Under the pieces are notes generated by a model. It made no database searches and had not been told where the DNA came from. It saw nothing but the letters and a program-made list of their open reading frames with translations. Below, in pieces: positions 12,901 to 25,151 of a DNA stretch of 44,634 nt. The DNA is from Chiloscyllium plagiosum (taxonomy: Eukaryota). Position numbers and translations under genes: made by a program. Location of the stretch: assembly GCF_004010195.1 (NCBI RefSeq), contig NC_057728.1, positions 44,768,279-44,812,912 on the forward strand, given 5' to 3'. Numbering within the stretch: position 1 is the stretch's first letter; each line of letters starts with the position of its first letter.

Positions 12901-13849
12901 CCTACAGCTGCTATTTGGTCCATTTTAGCCTTTACATCTCACCATTCACCTGTTTGTATCATTCCACTGTTCCTTTTTCCAGAACATCTTCAAATCTGTT
13001 CTTCTTCTGAGTTTATCAGTCAATTTGCAAACTTCTTTTTTATTTCTACCTGCAATATTGCCATCTTCCTCGCGGTTTACTCCATCTTTCTCAATTGGTA
13101 TCAGAAGCAACTGTCTTTCTTTCCTTCCTCAATGTGAGAAAATCTGACAGCTGCAAGAAACTTTAGCCAGTGAATAATACTGGAAATCATTTTAATCAAG
13201 AGCTGAGGTATTTGTACTTGCTTGCCATGGCAGGAATTAATATGTTTGAGAAACCACAATATGGTGTAACGATTCTTAAGCAATGCTTTGCTTTGACTTT
13301 CATTATGATATCAGAGGTGTGGGGTTAATCTGAGTATTATCAATTTTAACATGAACTTGCAGAATCTCAACAGAAATTCATTTCTATTTCTTGAGAAGCA
13401 TTTATGAAGAAAATATCCAGAAAATAAAAACTGACTTTAATTAGACTCGCCTGTAATATCTTCCAAATCAGTCCCTCACATCTTGTTCAATGTCCACGTT
13501 GCAATGAGCCTCTCAGAGGCCGTTTCAGTGATTAATTGGAAATTTGGAACGTCAGTTAGATTTTCATGTGAATGATGTTACTGCCTAGGTCAAACCAGTT
13601 CAGGTATTAGCCTTCTTAGCAATAAACCCAATCATTTAACATTAAAGTACTCAGCTGATATTTTGATACCAGAAGAAAAGGAACATTGCTAGTGAAAAAT
13701 GAAGATTAGAATGTTTGGCCAAGTGACAAAAAGCTGGCCAAGCAATTTATTATTTCTTTTAAATCCCTTTCAAATTATACTTGAGCATCTGGCTCTGAAG
13801 TCCAGTTATGTGCATATAAAAAGGTACTACAGATGGATTTTTAAGATAC

Positions 13850-14115
13850 TTACAACACAAAAACAGATCTTTCAATTCAACAGGACCAAGTCAGTTTTAG
13901 GCTGCATATTCACAGGCCTCCTCACAACATTCTGTCCTATCCCCATTAGTATTTTCTTCGATTTTCATTCTCACCCAGGTGTTTATTTTGCTTCCCCTTG
14001 AAATGCATCTGTAATATTCACCTCAAGTACTCCTTGTGCTAATGAATCCCATGTTCAAACCACTTTCTAGCCAAAGACATTTCTCCTGAGTTTTGTTGGA
14101 TTTATTAATGATTAG
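13850..14115 (-). mobile_element. Degraded CR1 3' end
   Basis: CTTCCCCTTGAAATGCATCT...CACCTCAAGTACTCCTTGTG...CCACTTTCT is typical antisense CR1 C-terminus/3' UTR. Confidence 0.55.
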
Positions 14116-14869
14116 TGATAAATAGATGATTCAGAATAAGACAACTCTATTTCTCAATCTCAAAAGTGATATTTTTGCACATACTCAGTGTTCAAATTGA
14201 CCATCTTTTCAGCCATGCCATTTTCTACTCGTGTTCATGGTCTACCACAGTTTTTCTCCACAAAATGACATGATTTATGAACTGGAACTTTATAACTGGA
14301 CTCAACCAGCTGATTCAGATTGTATTACAAAGATGTACAGGAGCTTAAGATCCCAGGTAATAAATGGAAAAGATGGTGACCACTAAACCCTTCCAGCGGA
14401 TTCCAGAAGGTTTCAAATATCAACATATAGGCTGACATCTTCTGTTTATTTCACTTACAGTCCTCAATTCTGGCTTTGCCTGCATGGAAAAACCTGCACC
14501 TGGCATTAACCTTGACACCGGAGATGACAATATCAAAAAAAAGCCCTGTCAACCTTGAGAACACCTCTTCATTAAAACCTGGAGCCTGTGCCAACATTGG
14601 AAGAACTGTCTCACAGACTGGTCAAGTAACAGACTGACACTGTCATACTCATGGAATCATCCTTGACAGGTAACATCCCAGATACCATCACCACCATCCA
14701 TGGATATGTCCCATCCCTCTGGCAAGACAGACTCAGCAGAGGTGATGGCACAGTGGTATACAGTCAGTGGGACTTGCCCTGACAGTCTTAAACATTGTCT
14801 ATTCACCCCATGAAGTCTCATGACTTCAGGTTAAACATAGCAAGGAATCCTCCTGTTGATTACCACCTA

Positions 14870-15740
14870 GTGTCCCTGCTGACTACATCTGCGGGAAGTG
14901 CACCCAACTCCAGCTCCTCTAAAACTGCGTTAGGGAACTGGAGCTGGAGCTGGATGAACTTTGGATCATTTGGGAGGCAAAGAGAGTTATTGAGAGGAGT
15001 TACAGGGAGGTAGTCACTCCTAAGGTACAAGAAAAAGGCAAATTGGTTACAGTCAGGGCACGGAAAGGGAACCGGCAGGCAGTGCAGGGATCCCCTGTGG
15101 CCATTCCCTTCAACAATAAGTATACCATTTTGGATTCTGTTGGGGGGGATGACTTACCAGGGGAAAGCAGTGGGGCACAGGACTCTGGCACAGAGTCTGT
15201 CCCTGCTGCTCAGAAGGGAAGGGGAAAGAGGAGCAGAGCAGTAGTCATTGGGGACTTCATAGTTAGGGGGACAGATAGGAAGTTCTGTGGGGACGAGAGA
15301 GACTCATGGTTGGTGTGTTGCCTCCCAGGTGCCAGGGTTCATGATGTCTCTGATCGTGTTTTTGGGATCCTTAATGGGGAGGGGGTGCAGCCCCAAGTCG
15401 TGGTCCACATAGGCACCAACGACATAGGTAGGAAGAGAGCTGGGGATTTAAGGCAGAAGTTCAGGGAGCTAGGATGGAAGCTTAGAGCTAGGACGGACAG
15501 AGTTGTTGTCTCTGGTTTGTTGCCTGTGTCACGTGCTAGTGAGGCATTTAATAGGGAGAGAGAGGAGTTGAACATGTGGCTACAGGGATGGTGCAGGAGG
15601 GAGGGTTTTGGATTCTTGGATAATTGGGGCTCTTTCTGGGGTAGGAGGGATCTCTACAAGCAGGATGGTCTTCATCTGAACCAGAGGGGTACCAATATCT
15701 TGGGGGGGGGAATTCACTAAGGCTATTGGGGTGGGTTTAA
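14870..15740 (+). pseudogene. CR1 ORF1 remnant (Zn finger/coiled coil plus SGNH esterase)
   Basis: YICGKC..RELELELDEL; VIGDFIVRG (catalytic Ser replaced by Phe), HIGTND, DGLHLN; disrupted by a stop and frameshifts. Confidence 0.9.
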
Positions 15741-15825
15741 ACTAGTCCAGCAGGGGGATGGGAACCAAAATTGTAGCTCGTGTATAGAAAAGGTTGAGAG
15801 TAGGGAGGTCCGAAACCAAGTTTCA

Positions 15826-17676
15826 GTGAAGGAAGATGGTACCAGCAAGCAAAAAGTTGGTTTGAAGTGTGTCTACTTCAACACCAGGAGCATCCGGAAT
15901 AAGGTGGGTGAACGTGCAGCATGGGTTGGTACCTGGGACTTCGATGTTGTGGCCATTTCGGAGACATGGATAGAGCAGGGACCGGAATGGTTGTTGCAGG
16001 TTCCAGGATTTAGATGTTTCAGTAAGAACAGAAAAGATAGTAAAAGAGGGGGAGATGTAGCTTTGTTAGTCAAGGACAGTGTTACAGTTGCAGAAAGGCT
16101 GTTTGGGGACTCGTCAACTGCGGTAGTATGGGCTGAGGTTAGAAACAGGAAAGGAGAGGTCACCCTGTTGGGAGTTTTCAATCGTCATTGTCTACGGGAA
16201 TAGTGCCAGAGGACTGGAGGATAGCAAATGTGGTTCCCCTGTTCAAGAAGGGGAATAGAGACAACCCAGGTAATTATAGAGTAGTGAGCCTTACCTCAGT
16301 TGTTGGTAAAGTGTTGGAAAAGGTTATAAGAGATAGGATTTATAATCATCTAGAAAATAATAATTTTATTAGGGATAGTCAGCACAGTTTTGTGAAGGGT
16401 AGGTCGTGTCTCACAAACCTTATTGAGTTATTTGAGAAGGTGACCAAACAGGTAGATGAGAGTAAACTGGTTGATGTGGTGTATAAGGATTTCAGCAAGG
16501 CGTTCGATAAGGTTCCCCACAGTAGGCTATTGTACAAAATGTGGAAGAATGGGATTTTGGGAGATATAGCAGTTTGGATCAGTAATTGGCTTGCTGAAAG
16601 AAGACAGAGGGTGGAGGTTGATGGGAAATGTACATCCTGGAGTCCAGTTACCAGTGGTGTACTGGAAGGGTCGGTGTTGGGTCCACTGCTGTTCGTCATT
16701 TTTATAAATGACCTGGATGAAGGTGTAAAAGGGTGGGTTAGTAAATTTGCAGACTACACTAAGGTCGGTGGAGTTGTGGATAGTGATGAAGGATGTTGTA
16801 GGTTACAGAGAGACATAGATAAGCTGCAGAGCTGGGCTGAGAGGTGGCAAATGGAGTTTAATGCGGACAAGTGTGAGGTGATTCACTTTGATCAGAGTAA
16901 CCGGAATGCAAAGTACTGGGCTAATGGTAAGATTTTTGGTAGTGTAGATGAGCAGAGAGATCTCGGTGTCCAGGTACACAGATCCTTGAAAGTTGCCACC
17001 CAGGTTGACAGGGTTGTTAAGAACTTCTAGGAGAAAGTGAGGACTGCAGATGCTGGAGATCAGAGCTGAAAATGTGTTGCTGGAAAAGCAACACATTTTC
17101 CAGGGTGTTGTTTTTCCAGCAACACATTTTCAGGGTTATTAAGAAGGCATACAGTGTTTTAGCTTTTATTAATAGAGGGATCGAGTTCCGGAACCATGAG
17201 GTTATACTGCAGCTGTACAAAACTCTGGTGCGGCCGCACTTGGGTATTGTGTACAGTTCTGGTCACCGCATTATAAGAAGGATATGGAAGCTTTAGAAAG
17301 GGTGCAGTGGAGATTTACTAGGATGTTGCCTGGTATGGAGGGAAGGTCTTATGAGAAAAGGCTGAGGGACTTGAGGCTGTTTTCGTTAGAGAGAAGAATG
17401 TTGAGAGGTGACTTAATAGAGACATATAAGATAATCAGAGGGTTAAATAGGGTGGACAGGGAGAGCCTTTTTCCACTTTTGGTGACGGTGAGCATGAGGG
17501 GGCATAGCTTTAAACGGAGGGATGACAGATATAGGACAGATGTCAGAGGTAGTTTCTTTACTCAGAAAGTAGTAAGGGTATGGAATACTTTGCCTGCAAC
17601 GGTAGTAGATTCGCCAACTTTAAGTACATTTAAGTTGACATTGGACACGCATATGGACATACATGGAATGGTGTAG
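15826..17676 (+). pseudogene. CR1 ORF2 remnant (partial APE endonuclease fused to RT)
   Basis: YFNTRSIRNK..DVVAISETW..GGDVALLVK; VPEDWRIANVVPLFKKG, DFSKAFDKV, GSVLGPLLF, FADYTK (DD mutated); interrupted at 17024. Confidence 0.95.
17024..17130. mobile_element. Short PLE 3'-end fold-back inside CR1 RT
   Basis: TSD CAGGGTTGTTAAGAA (17009-17023) / CAGGGTTATTAAGAA (17131-17145); inverted arms CTGAAAATGTGTTGCTGGAAAA. Confidence 0.9.
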
Positions 17677-18914
17677 GTTAGATGGACTTCAGATTGGTAT
17701 GATAGGTCGGCGCAACATCAAGGACCGAAGGGGCTGTACTGCGCTGTAATGTTCTATGTTCTATGTTCTACCGTCCTCCTTCGGCTAATGAATCAGTATT
17801 CCTCCATGTTGAACAGCACCTGGAGGAAGCACTGAGAATGGCAAGGGCACAGTATGGACTCTGGATAGAGGATTTCAATATCCAGTAGTAAGAATAGTTT
17901 GGCAGCAACACTACTGATCAAGCTGGTCAGGTCCTAAAGAACATTGCTGCTGGACTATGTCTGGCAGATGGTGAGGGAACCAGTTCAACCTCATTCTCAC
18001 CAATCTCTCTTCCACTGATGCATCTGTCCACAACTTAACAGTAAGAACGACCAAAGCACTATCGTTGCGGACTTGATGTCCTGCCTTTACAGTGAGAAGA
18101 CACTCCATCGCATTATTTGGTAATATCGCCATGCTAAATGGACAGACTGAGAAAAAAATTCAGCAACTCAAGACTGAGCATCTGCGAGGTGTTTGGAGCC
18201 ATCAACAGCAGCAGAATCATACTCCAAGACAATTTGCAACTCATAGCAACTCATCCCGCAATCAACCATTACCATAAAGCCAGGGGATCAACCCTGATTC
18301 AATGGAGAATGCAGGAGGGCATATCAGAAGCAGCACCAGGCGTATGTAAAAATAAGTTGCCAATCTGGTGAAGTTACCAGACATGACTACCTGCGTGCCA
18401 AACGGCAGAAGCAGCAAATGATAGACAGAGCTAAGTGATCCCACAACCAACATATCAGATCTAAACTTTGCAATCCTGTAACATCCAGACTTGAATAGTC
18501 ATGATCAAATAAACAACTCACTGGAGGAGGCAGCTCTATAAATATCTCCATGCTCAATGATAGCAGAGCCCCACACATCAGTGCAGAAAATAAGGCTAAA
18601 CGTTTTCACAACAAACTTGAGCCAGAAATGCCAAGCGGATTGTCCATCTCCGTCTCCTCCAGTGGTCCCCAACATCACAGAAACTAGTCTTCAGCCAATT
18701 TGATTCACTCCACATGATATCAAGAAACAGTTGGAAGTAGTGGACAGTGCAAGAGCTATGGGCCCTGACAACTATTCCGGCAATAGTACTGAGGACTTGT
18801 GCTCCAGAACTTGTGCTCTAGTCCTATTCATGTACAGTTACAATATTGGCTGACAATCTGGAAAAATCCCCAAGTAAGCCCTGCAAAGAAAGAACAGGAC
18901 AAATCCAACCTGGG

Positions 18915-19092
18915 CTGAAAATGTGTTGCTGGAAAAGCGCAGCAGAACAGGCAGCATCCAAGGAGCAGGAAAAAAGGGCTCATGCCCAAAACGTCGATTC
19001 TCCTGCTCCTTGGATGCTGCCTGACCTGCTGCGCTTTTCCAGCAACACATTTTCAGCTCTGATCTCCAGCATCTGCAGTCCTCACTTTCTCC
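18915..19092. mobile_element. PLE 3'-end fold-back insertion
   Basis: TSD CAAATCCAACCTGGG (18900-18914) / CAAATTCAACTTGGG (19093-19107). Confidence 0.9.
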
Positions 19093-19219
19093 CAAATTCA
19101 ACTTGGGGCCAATTACCATTCCATCAGTCCGCTTTCAATCATCAGGAAAGTGATGAAAGATGACACCAATTGTGTGAACAATCAGCACCTGCTCAGCAAA
19201 AACCTGCTCACTGATGATA

Positions 19220-19346
19220 CCTGATGAAGGGCTTTTGCCCGAAATGTCGATTCTCCTGCTCCTTAGATGCTGCCTGATGTGCTGTGCTTTTCCAGCATCA
19301 CACTCTTGACTCTAATCTCCAGCATCTGCAGTCCTCACTTTCGCCT
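19220..19346 (+). mobile_element. PLE 3'-end single-arm insertion beginning at the hammerhead core
   Basis: CCTGATGAAGGGCTTTTGCCCGAAATGTC...CACTTTCGCCT; duplicated flank ACCTGCTCAC at 19202 and 19347. Confidence 0.85.
19221..19248 (+). ncRNA. Minimal hammerhead ribozyme-like motif
   Basis: CTGATGA-A-GGGC-TTTT-GCCC-GAAAT-GTC (C15.2 changed to T, probably CpG decay). Confidence 0.6.
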
Positions 19347-19373
19347 ACCTGCTCACATATACCCAGATTGGGT

Positions 19374-19613
19374 AAAACCAATGACTGCAGATGCTGAAAA
19401 CCAAAGTTTAGATTGGAGTGGTGCTGGAAAAGCACAGCAGTTCAGGCAGCATCCGAGGAGCAGTAAAATCGATGTTTCGGGCAAAAGCCCTTCATCAGGA
19501 ATACAGGCAGAGTGCTGAAGGGTGGAAAGATAAATGAAAATGCCCGAAATGTCGATTTTACTGCTCCTCGGGTGCTGCCTGAACTGCTGTGCTTTTCTAG
19601 CACCACTCTAATC
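19374..19613. mobile_element. PLE 3'-end fold-back insertion
   Basis: Perfect 16-bp TSD TATACCCAGATTGGGT (19358-19373 / 19614-19629); minus-strand hammerhead core at 19471-19498. Confidence 0.9.
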
Positions 19614-19822
19614 TATACCCAGATTGGGTTCTGCCAGGGGTTCTCAGCTCCTGACCTCACCACAATCTTGGTTCAAACATGGACAAAAAAGTAGATTTTC
19701 AGAGGCAAGATGAAAGTGCTAGCGCATGACATCAAAGCCACATTTGAATTATTATGGCATCCAGGAGCCTGATCAAAAATCGTATCAATGGGAATCAGGC
19801 GGCAAACTCTTTGGTGGTTTGA

Positions 19823-21966
19823 CAAGGAGAAAGTGAGGATTGTAGATGCTAAAGATCAGAGTCAAGAGTGTGGTGCTGGAAAAACACAGCAGGTCAGGCA
19901 GCATCCGAGGAGCAGGAGAATCGATGTTTCGGGGAAAAGCATTTCATCAGGAATGAGGCTGTGAGCTGAGGGGGTGGTGAGATAAATGGGAGGGTGATAG
20001 GGCTGGGGGGGAAAAGTAGCTGAGAGTTCAATAGGTGGATGGAGGTGAGGGTAATGGTAATAGGTTGGAGAGAAGGGTGGAGCAGATAGGTGGGATGGAA
20101 GATGACAAGGTAGGACATGTCATGAAGACAGTGCTGAGTTGGAAGGTTGGAACTGAGGTAAGGTGAGGGGAGGGGAAATGAGGAAACTGGTGAAATCCAC
20201 ATTGGTGCCATGGGCTTGTAGGGTCCCCATGCTGAAGATGAGGTGTCCTTCCTCCAGGCGTCGGGTGGTTAAGGTGTGGTGATGGAGGAGATCCAGGACC
20301 TGCATTTACTTGGTGGAATGGGAGGGGGAATTGAAGTGTTCGGCCACGGGGCATTGGGGTTGACTGGTGGGGTTGGGGGGGGTGCCAGAGATGTTCTCTG
20401 AAGCGCTTTGCAGCTTTGCAGCTGGTGGAAGATGGACTGTTTCCATGTGACCAACAAAGAGACAGGCATAGCTGGGGCCCACGCGGGAGCGCATGGCTAC
20501 CTCTTCTGTCTGGAGGAAGTGGACGAATTCGAGGGAGAAGTTATTGAGGGTGAGGACCAGTTCAGCCAAACGAATGAGAGTGTACTGGTGGGGATATCGG
20601 CAGAGCAAGAAACAGAGGGTTTGGAGGCCCTCATAATTGTGGATGGAGGTGTATAGGGACTGAATGGTCAATGTCCCGGTGACAGTTGGAAATAAAGAGA
20701 TCAAGGGTGAATACCAGACCAGCACAGGGTGTCCAGGTGGATTGGGTGTGTTGGAGGCGGGAGAAGGGGTCCTAAGAAGTTGGGCAGGAGTCTTGGTGGA
20801 AAAAGTAAGCCCGAAGGCAGAGGCAGCGGAAGAAGTATTCAATGTCACAACGTGCGTTGACTTCATAGATCCAGGAACAGAGGGGCATGAAGGTAGGGCC
20901 TTTGCTGAGGAGTGATGGTTTACCCTCAGTGAGGGGGAGGTCCGGGGGCATGGTGAAGACTCGGTAGGGCTGGCAGCTCGGACCAGTCCCTATACACCTC
21001 CATCCGCCATGATAAGGGCCTCCAGGCCCTACATTTCTTCCTCTTCCGGTGTCCCCACCATTACCCTCCACTGACACTCTCAATCGTTTGGCTGAACAAG
21101 TCCTCAGTAATTTCTCCTTTGAATCCTCCCACCTCCTCCAGACAAAAAGGTAGCTATGGGCAGCTGCATGGGCCCCAGCTATGCCTGTTTCTTTGTTGGT
21201 TACGTGGAACAGTCCATCTTCCGCAGTTACACTGGTACCACTCCCCACCTTTTCCTCCACTTCCATGAGTAGGTTGAACAGTCCTTCAACTTCACCAATG
21301 CACTCCACCCTGACCTTAAGTTCACCTGGACTATCTCTGACACCTCCCTCCCCTTCCTGGACCTCTCGATCTCCATCAATGGTGACTGACTCAACACTGA
21401 CATCTTCTACAAACCTACTGACTCCCACAGCTGACTGGACTAAACCTCCTCAGAGAACATCTCCAGGACACCCGCACTAATCCCACTACACTGGATGAAC
21501 ACTTCAATTCCCCTTCCCACTCTGTCAAGGACATGCATGTCCTGGGCCTCCTCCATCGTCAATCTCTAACTACCTGACGCTGGAGGAAGAATGCCTCATC
21601 TTCTGCCTTGGGATCCTCCAACCCCATGGCATCAGTGTGGATTTCACCAGTGTCTTCATTTCCCCTCCCCCCACCTATCCCAGTTCCATCCTTCCAACTC
21701 GGCACCGTCCTCATGACCTGTCCTACCTGTCCATCTTCCATCCCACCTATCCGCTCCACCCTCCTCTCCTACCTATCACTATTACCCCATTGCCATCAAC
21801 CTATTGCATGCTCAGTTACCTTCCCCCCAGCCCCACCCCTTCCCATTTATTTCACCAACCCCTCGCCTCACAGCCTCATTCCTGATGAAGGGCTTTTGCC
21901 CGAAATGTCAATTACCCTGCTCCTTGGATGCTGCCTGACCTGCTGTGCTTTTCCAGCACCACACTG
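19823..21966. mobile_element. Two-armed head-to-head Penelope-like element (RT and GIY-YIG remnants)
   Basis: Left arm (-): LSKGPTF..FFRCLCLRAYFF, QSLYTSI, GPSYACLFVG, VAEHFNSPSH. Right arm (+): QSLYTSI, GPSYACFFVGYVEQ, LPFLDL, FYKPTDSH. TSD TCTTTGGTGGTTT (19808-19820) / TCTTTGCTGGTTT (21967-21979). Confidence 0.9.
21882..21909 (+). ncRNA. Minimal hammerhead ribozyme-like motif in PLE 3' terminal repeat
   Basis: CTGATGA-A-GGGC-TTTT-GCCC-GAAAT-GTC, about 0.2 kb downstream of the GIY-YIG end. Confidence 0.65.
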
Positions 21967-24900
21967 TCTTTGCTGGTTTAAGTCATGCCTGGCATATGGG
22001 AAGATAGCTGTGGTTGTCAGAGGTCAATCATCTCAGCTCCAGGACATCTCTGCAGGATTTCCTGAGGATCGTGTCCTCGGCCCAATCATCTTCAGCTGCT
22101 TCATCAGTAACCTTGCCTCCATCATAAAGTCAGAAGTCGGGATGTTTGCTGATGATTGACCAATGTGTAGCGTCATTTGCAAATCCTCAGATACTGAAGC
22201 AGTCCACGTTTAAATACAACAAAATCTGGACAATATCCATGCTTAGGTTGAAAAGTGGCAAGTAATGTTCATGCCACACAAGTATCAGACAGAAACCATC
22301 TCCAATAAGAGACAATCCAACCACCGCCCTATCACATTCAATGGTGTTGTCATCAGTGAATCCCCTACCACCAACACCTCGCATTTATCATTGACAAAAA
22401 AACTCAACTAGATTCACCACATAAATACAACAGCTACAAGAACAGGTCAGAGGCTAGATTACTGCAATGAGAAACTCACGCCATGCTTCTCAAATCCTGT
22501 CCAATATTGACACAGCACAAGTTAGGACTGTGATGAAAGACTCTTCATTTGTTTGGACCATATCTACAAACATTTACTTCCTTCAGCACCAATGCTCAGT
22601 AGCAGTAGTGTGTATTATCTACAAGAAGCGATGTAGAAATTTACCAGTGATCCTTAGACAGCACTTTACAAGATCACAACCACTTCCATCTGGAAGGACA
22701 AGGGCAGCACATACTTGGGAACACAACTACCAACCTCCAAGCTCCCTTCCAAGGCATTCATTATCCTGACATGGAAATATGTTGCTGTTACTGCACTGCT
22801 GCTGAGCCAAAATCCTGGAATTCCCTCCCTAAAGGTATTGTGAGTCAACCTACAGCACACGATCGGCAGCAGTCCAAGAAGGCAACTCACCTATGAATGA
22901 ATGAAACAAAACCTAACAAAAATTCTTTTGTAATCTTAACAATTTTCAAGCATTTGAATTATGTCTAATAATTTCAACATTCTTAGTGTAAAACAAGGGT
23001 GGGATTCCATTGCTGATTGCTAACTCGAGGCTCCTATTCGAAAGTGCATGTTGATGCATATTTTGTGTCTCCAGGATTGATCCTGAAGGGGTTAACCTTC
23101 ATGGTTGCAAAGCCTGTTAGCATACACTGGGCTTCAAAATCAGTAACAACCACTTGAGCTAAATACTGGTCAACTGCCTACGCTCATGTATTCATTATCC
23201 AACAAAAAAGTTGGTTGATGTTCAAGATGGAAACATTGCTTTGATGAAGGAGGCAAGGCCTTCTGACACAGTGGTCAGAACACAATTCTGGACAGAGTAG
23301 ATAAGATGTCAGCTAAGAACAACTGTTCCTTTTGGGGGAAAAATAGTATATAGACAAGACAGGATCTCATGTATGTTCCCACACTTGGTTGGCATGAATG
23401 TCAAGGTGGTCCCTGTGTTTGCAACTCTTTAATCCTAATTCCGCTGTAAGACAGCATCTGGGAAAATCCCCAAAGCTTTATCTGAAATCCTACCAAATTG
23501 ACATCTACAAAAAACAGTGGTAAATACAACAGCCAGAAATAGCCGAGCTTGATGTTCTGGGCTGCTTGGGGAGGGATGTTGCAAGTGGCTCCAGGTCATA
23601 GAAATACTTTTCCCTGCTACTATTACAGTGGAGTGACAACACCACCACAATTCCTTGACATTTGCATATACTCATATTGCAGCTGTCTGGAAATGCTTGA
23701 ATCTGTCATTGCATGTGAAGAAAAAGATTGAACTCCCAGTTATGAATGTTTTCCTCAATCTATCAAAAATTCATTTTAAAAGATGCTGATGAAAAACAAT
23801 ACATCACAGTCTATTCTCCACATGCATCATCTTTAATATCACCCTATTTTAGTTAAGTATTGAGTTATTTTTGGCCATCGCTCTTGTTTACATCCCCTTT
23901 GGGGCATTTAATTGTGTGTGTGCTTAATTCCCCAGTGCAGTATTTTATTATCACTTCCTAATTTGGGATGATAGAGGCTATGGTTGTTTCAGTTTTATTC
24001 AAATATTTTCACAATAGTATTTTTCATTACAATTTGTGGCATTGATGAATATAAGAACTTAAATTAATTTGTTAAATGCTCAAATGATTCAACAGCACTA
24101 GATTTATTCAAGAGTGCATTAATAAAGAGAGACTTTGCAAACCAATAACATAAAGGTTGTTCCAGAATAATGGTGATAATATCAGTACTCACAACTACAC
24201 TGAAGAAAATAAGACGGCAATGTCAAGTGTCCTTGTTTAACCAGTTACATTCAGAAATCCAGAAGAAATACCCTGCTCTTCCAAAGGATGCACTGTTGCA
24301 ATTCTCATCCATAGATTCAGCATTGAAATAATTGGATCTGCAAGAAGTTGGAGCAATTGGCCATAAGTTCTATATTAGAATTGGCTGATAAAGTAGGGTT
24401 ATTTTATACAGAAGTAACTGAGATTTTAATGGTGTGATGAGGGTAAATTATTGCTGAACAAACTCGTCAGTGATGTAAATCTAATTTTATAAGTGTTTGG
24501 TTCCCTCCAAAGAAAATTCTTGTCAGAGATTATAAAATATGTTCTTTATTGCTTTAACTCGGTATCTCTTATTCCATTCTCTAAATTTCATGTTTATTTC
24601 CCTTTTTGTACAATTAAAATTTGGTTACTGCTTTCTTCTTCTTGGTTTAGACTCTGCCTGTCTCAGTAAGGGCCCTTCATGTTACCTGAGATTCCTAACT
24701 GTTGCTTTCCCAGTTCACAGACTTAACCGAGGTGCTAGAGTGAGTGCGAGAGTGCAAAAGACATTGGGTTCAATTTTACTAAAATCAGTTAAATGTAAAT
24801 TTTGTCAAGTTTCAGGAAGAGTTTCTCTCTGGGAAACTGCAGGACATTTTTCACATAATTTTCCTTAATTCTTCTTGTTACTATGCATGATCTAAGCAGA

Positions 24901-25151
24901 AGTCCCAATGGCAACGCCCCATCGTGTCTTCCCTTTTCCACAGATAGAGGTACTTGCCACTGCTGGGATCTGTCAGGATTCCAGGTGTTAGTGCCACCTT
25001 TACAGCCTCACCATGAATCTGGTAATGGACGCTAGCCAGGGGTTGCCCTTCTCCATCTGTGTATTGGGAGGGAAAACAAAAATAAGTGCGTCTTGGAGTA
25101 CATAGGTAGCAAAGCTTGCATGTCAATGCACATGCAGGTGCACGTTCTTAC

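Larger units (their letters stand above)
14870..17770 (+). mobile_element. CR1 LINE, 5'-truncated and internally deleted, inserted in host LINE
   Basis: Interrupts the host at TACCACCTA|CCGTCCT (CTA shared); ORF1 and ORF2 remnants; (GTTCTAT)3 tail at 17750-17770. Confidence 0.95.
14480..22910 (+). mobile_element. Near-complete degraded APE-RT LINE ORF2 (CR1/L2 group), host to nested insertions
   Basis: EN: LEELSHRLVK..DTVILMES, LLITTY|RPPSA (split by CR1), EDFN. RT: GPDN, DKSNL, GFCQG, AHDIKATF, FPEDRVLGPIIFSCF, GMFADD (~22156). Tail (TGAA)n near 22895. 5' boundary approximate. Confidence 0.85.

Noticed and set aside
20772..21428. 218-aa minus-strand ORF
   Set aside because: Mostly antisense to the right PLE arm and reads across the inversion centre; an artefact of the rearrangement.
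21608..22159. 183-aa ORF ending GMFADD
   Set aside because: A chance fusion of PLE 3' sequence with the host LINE RT fragment.
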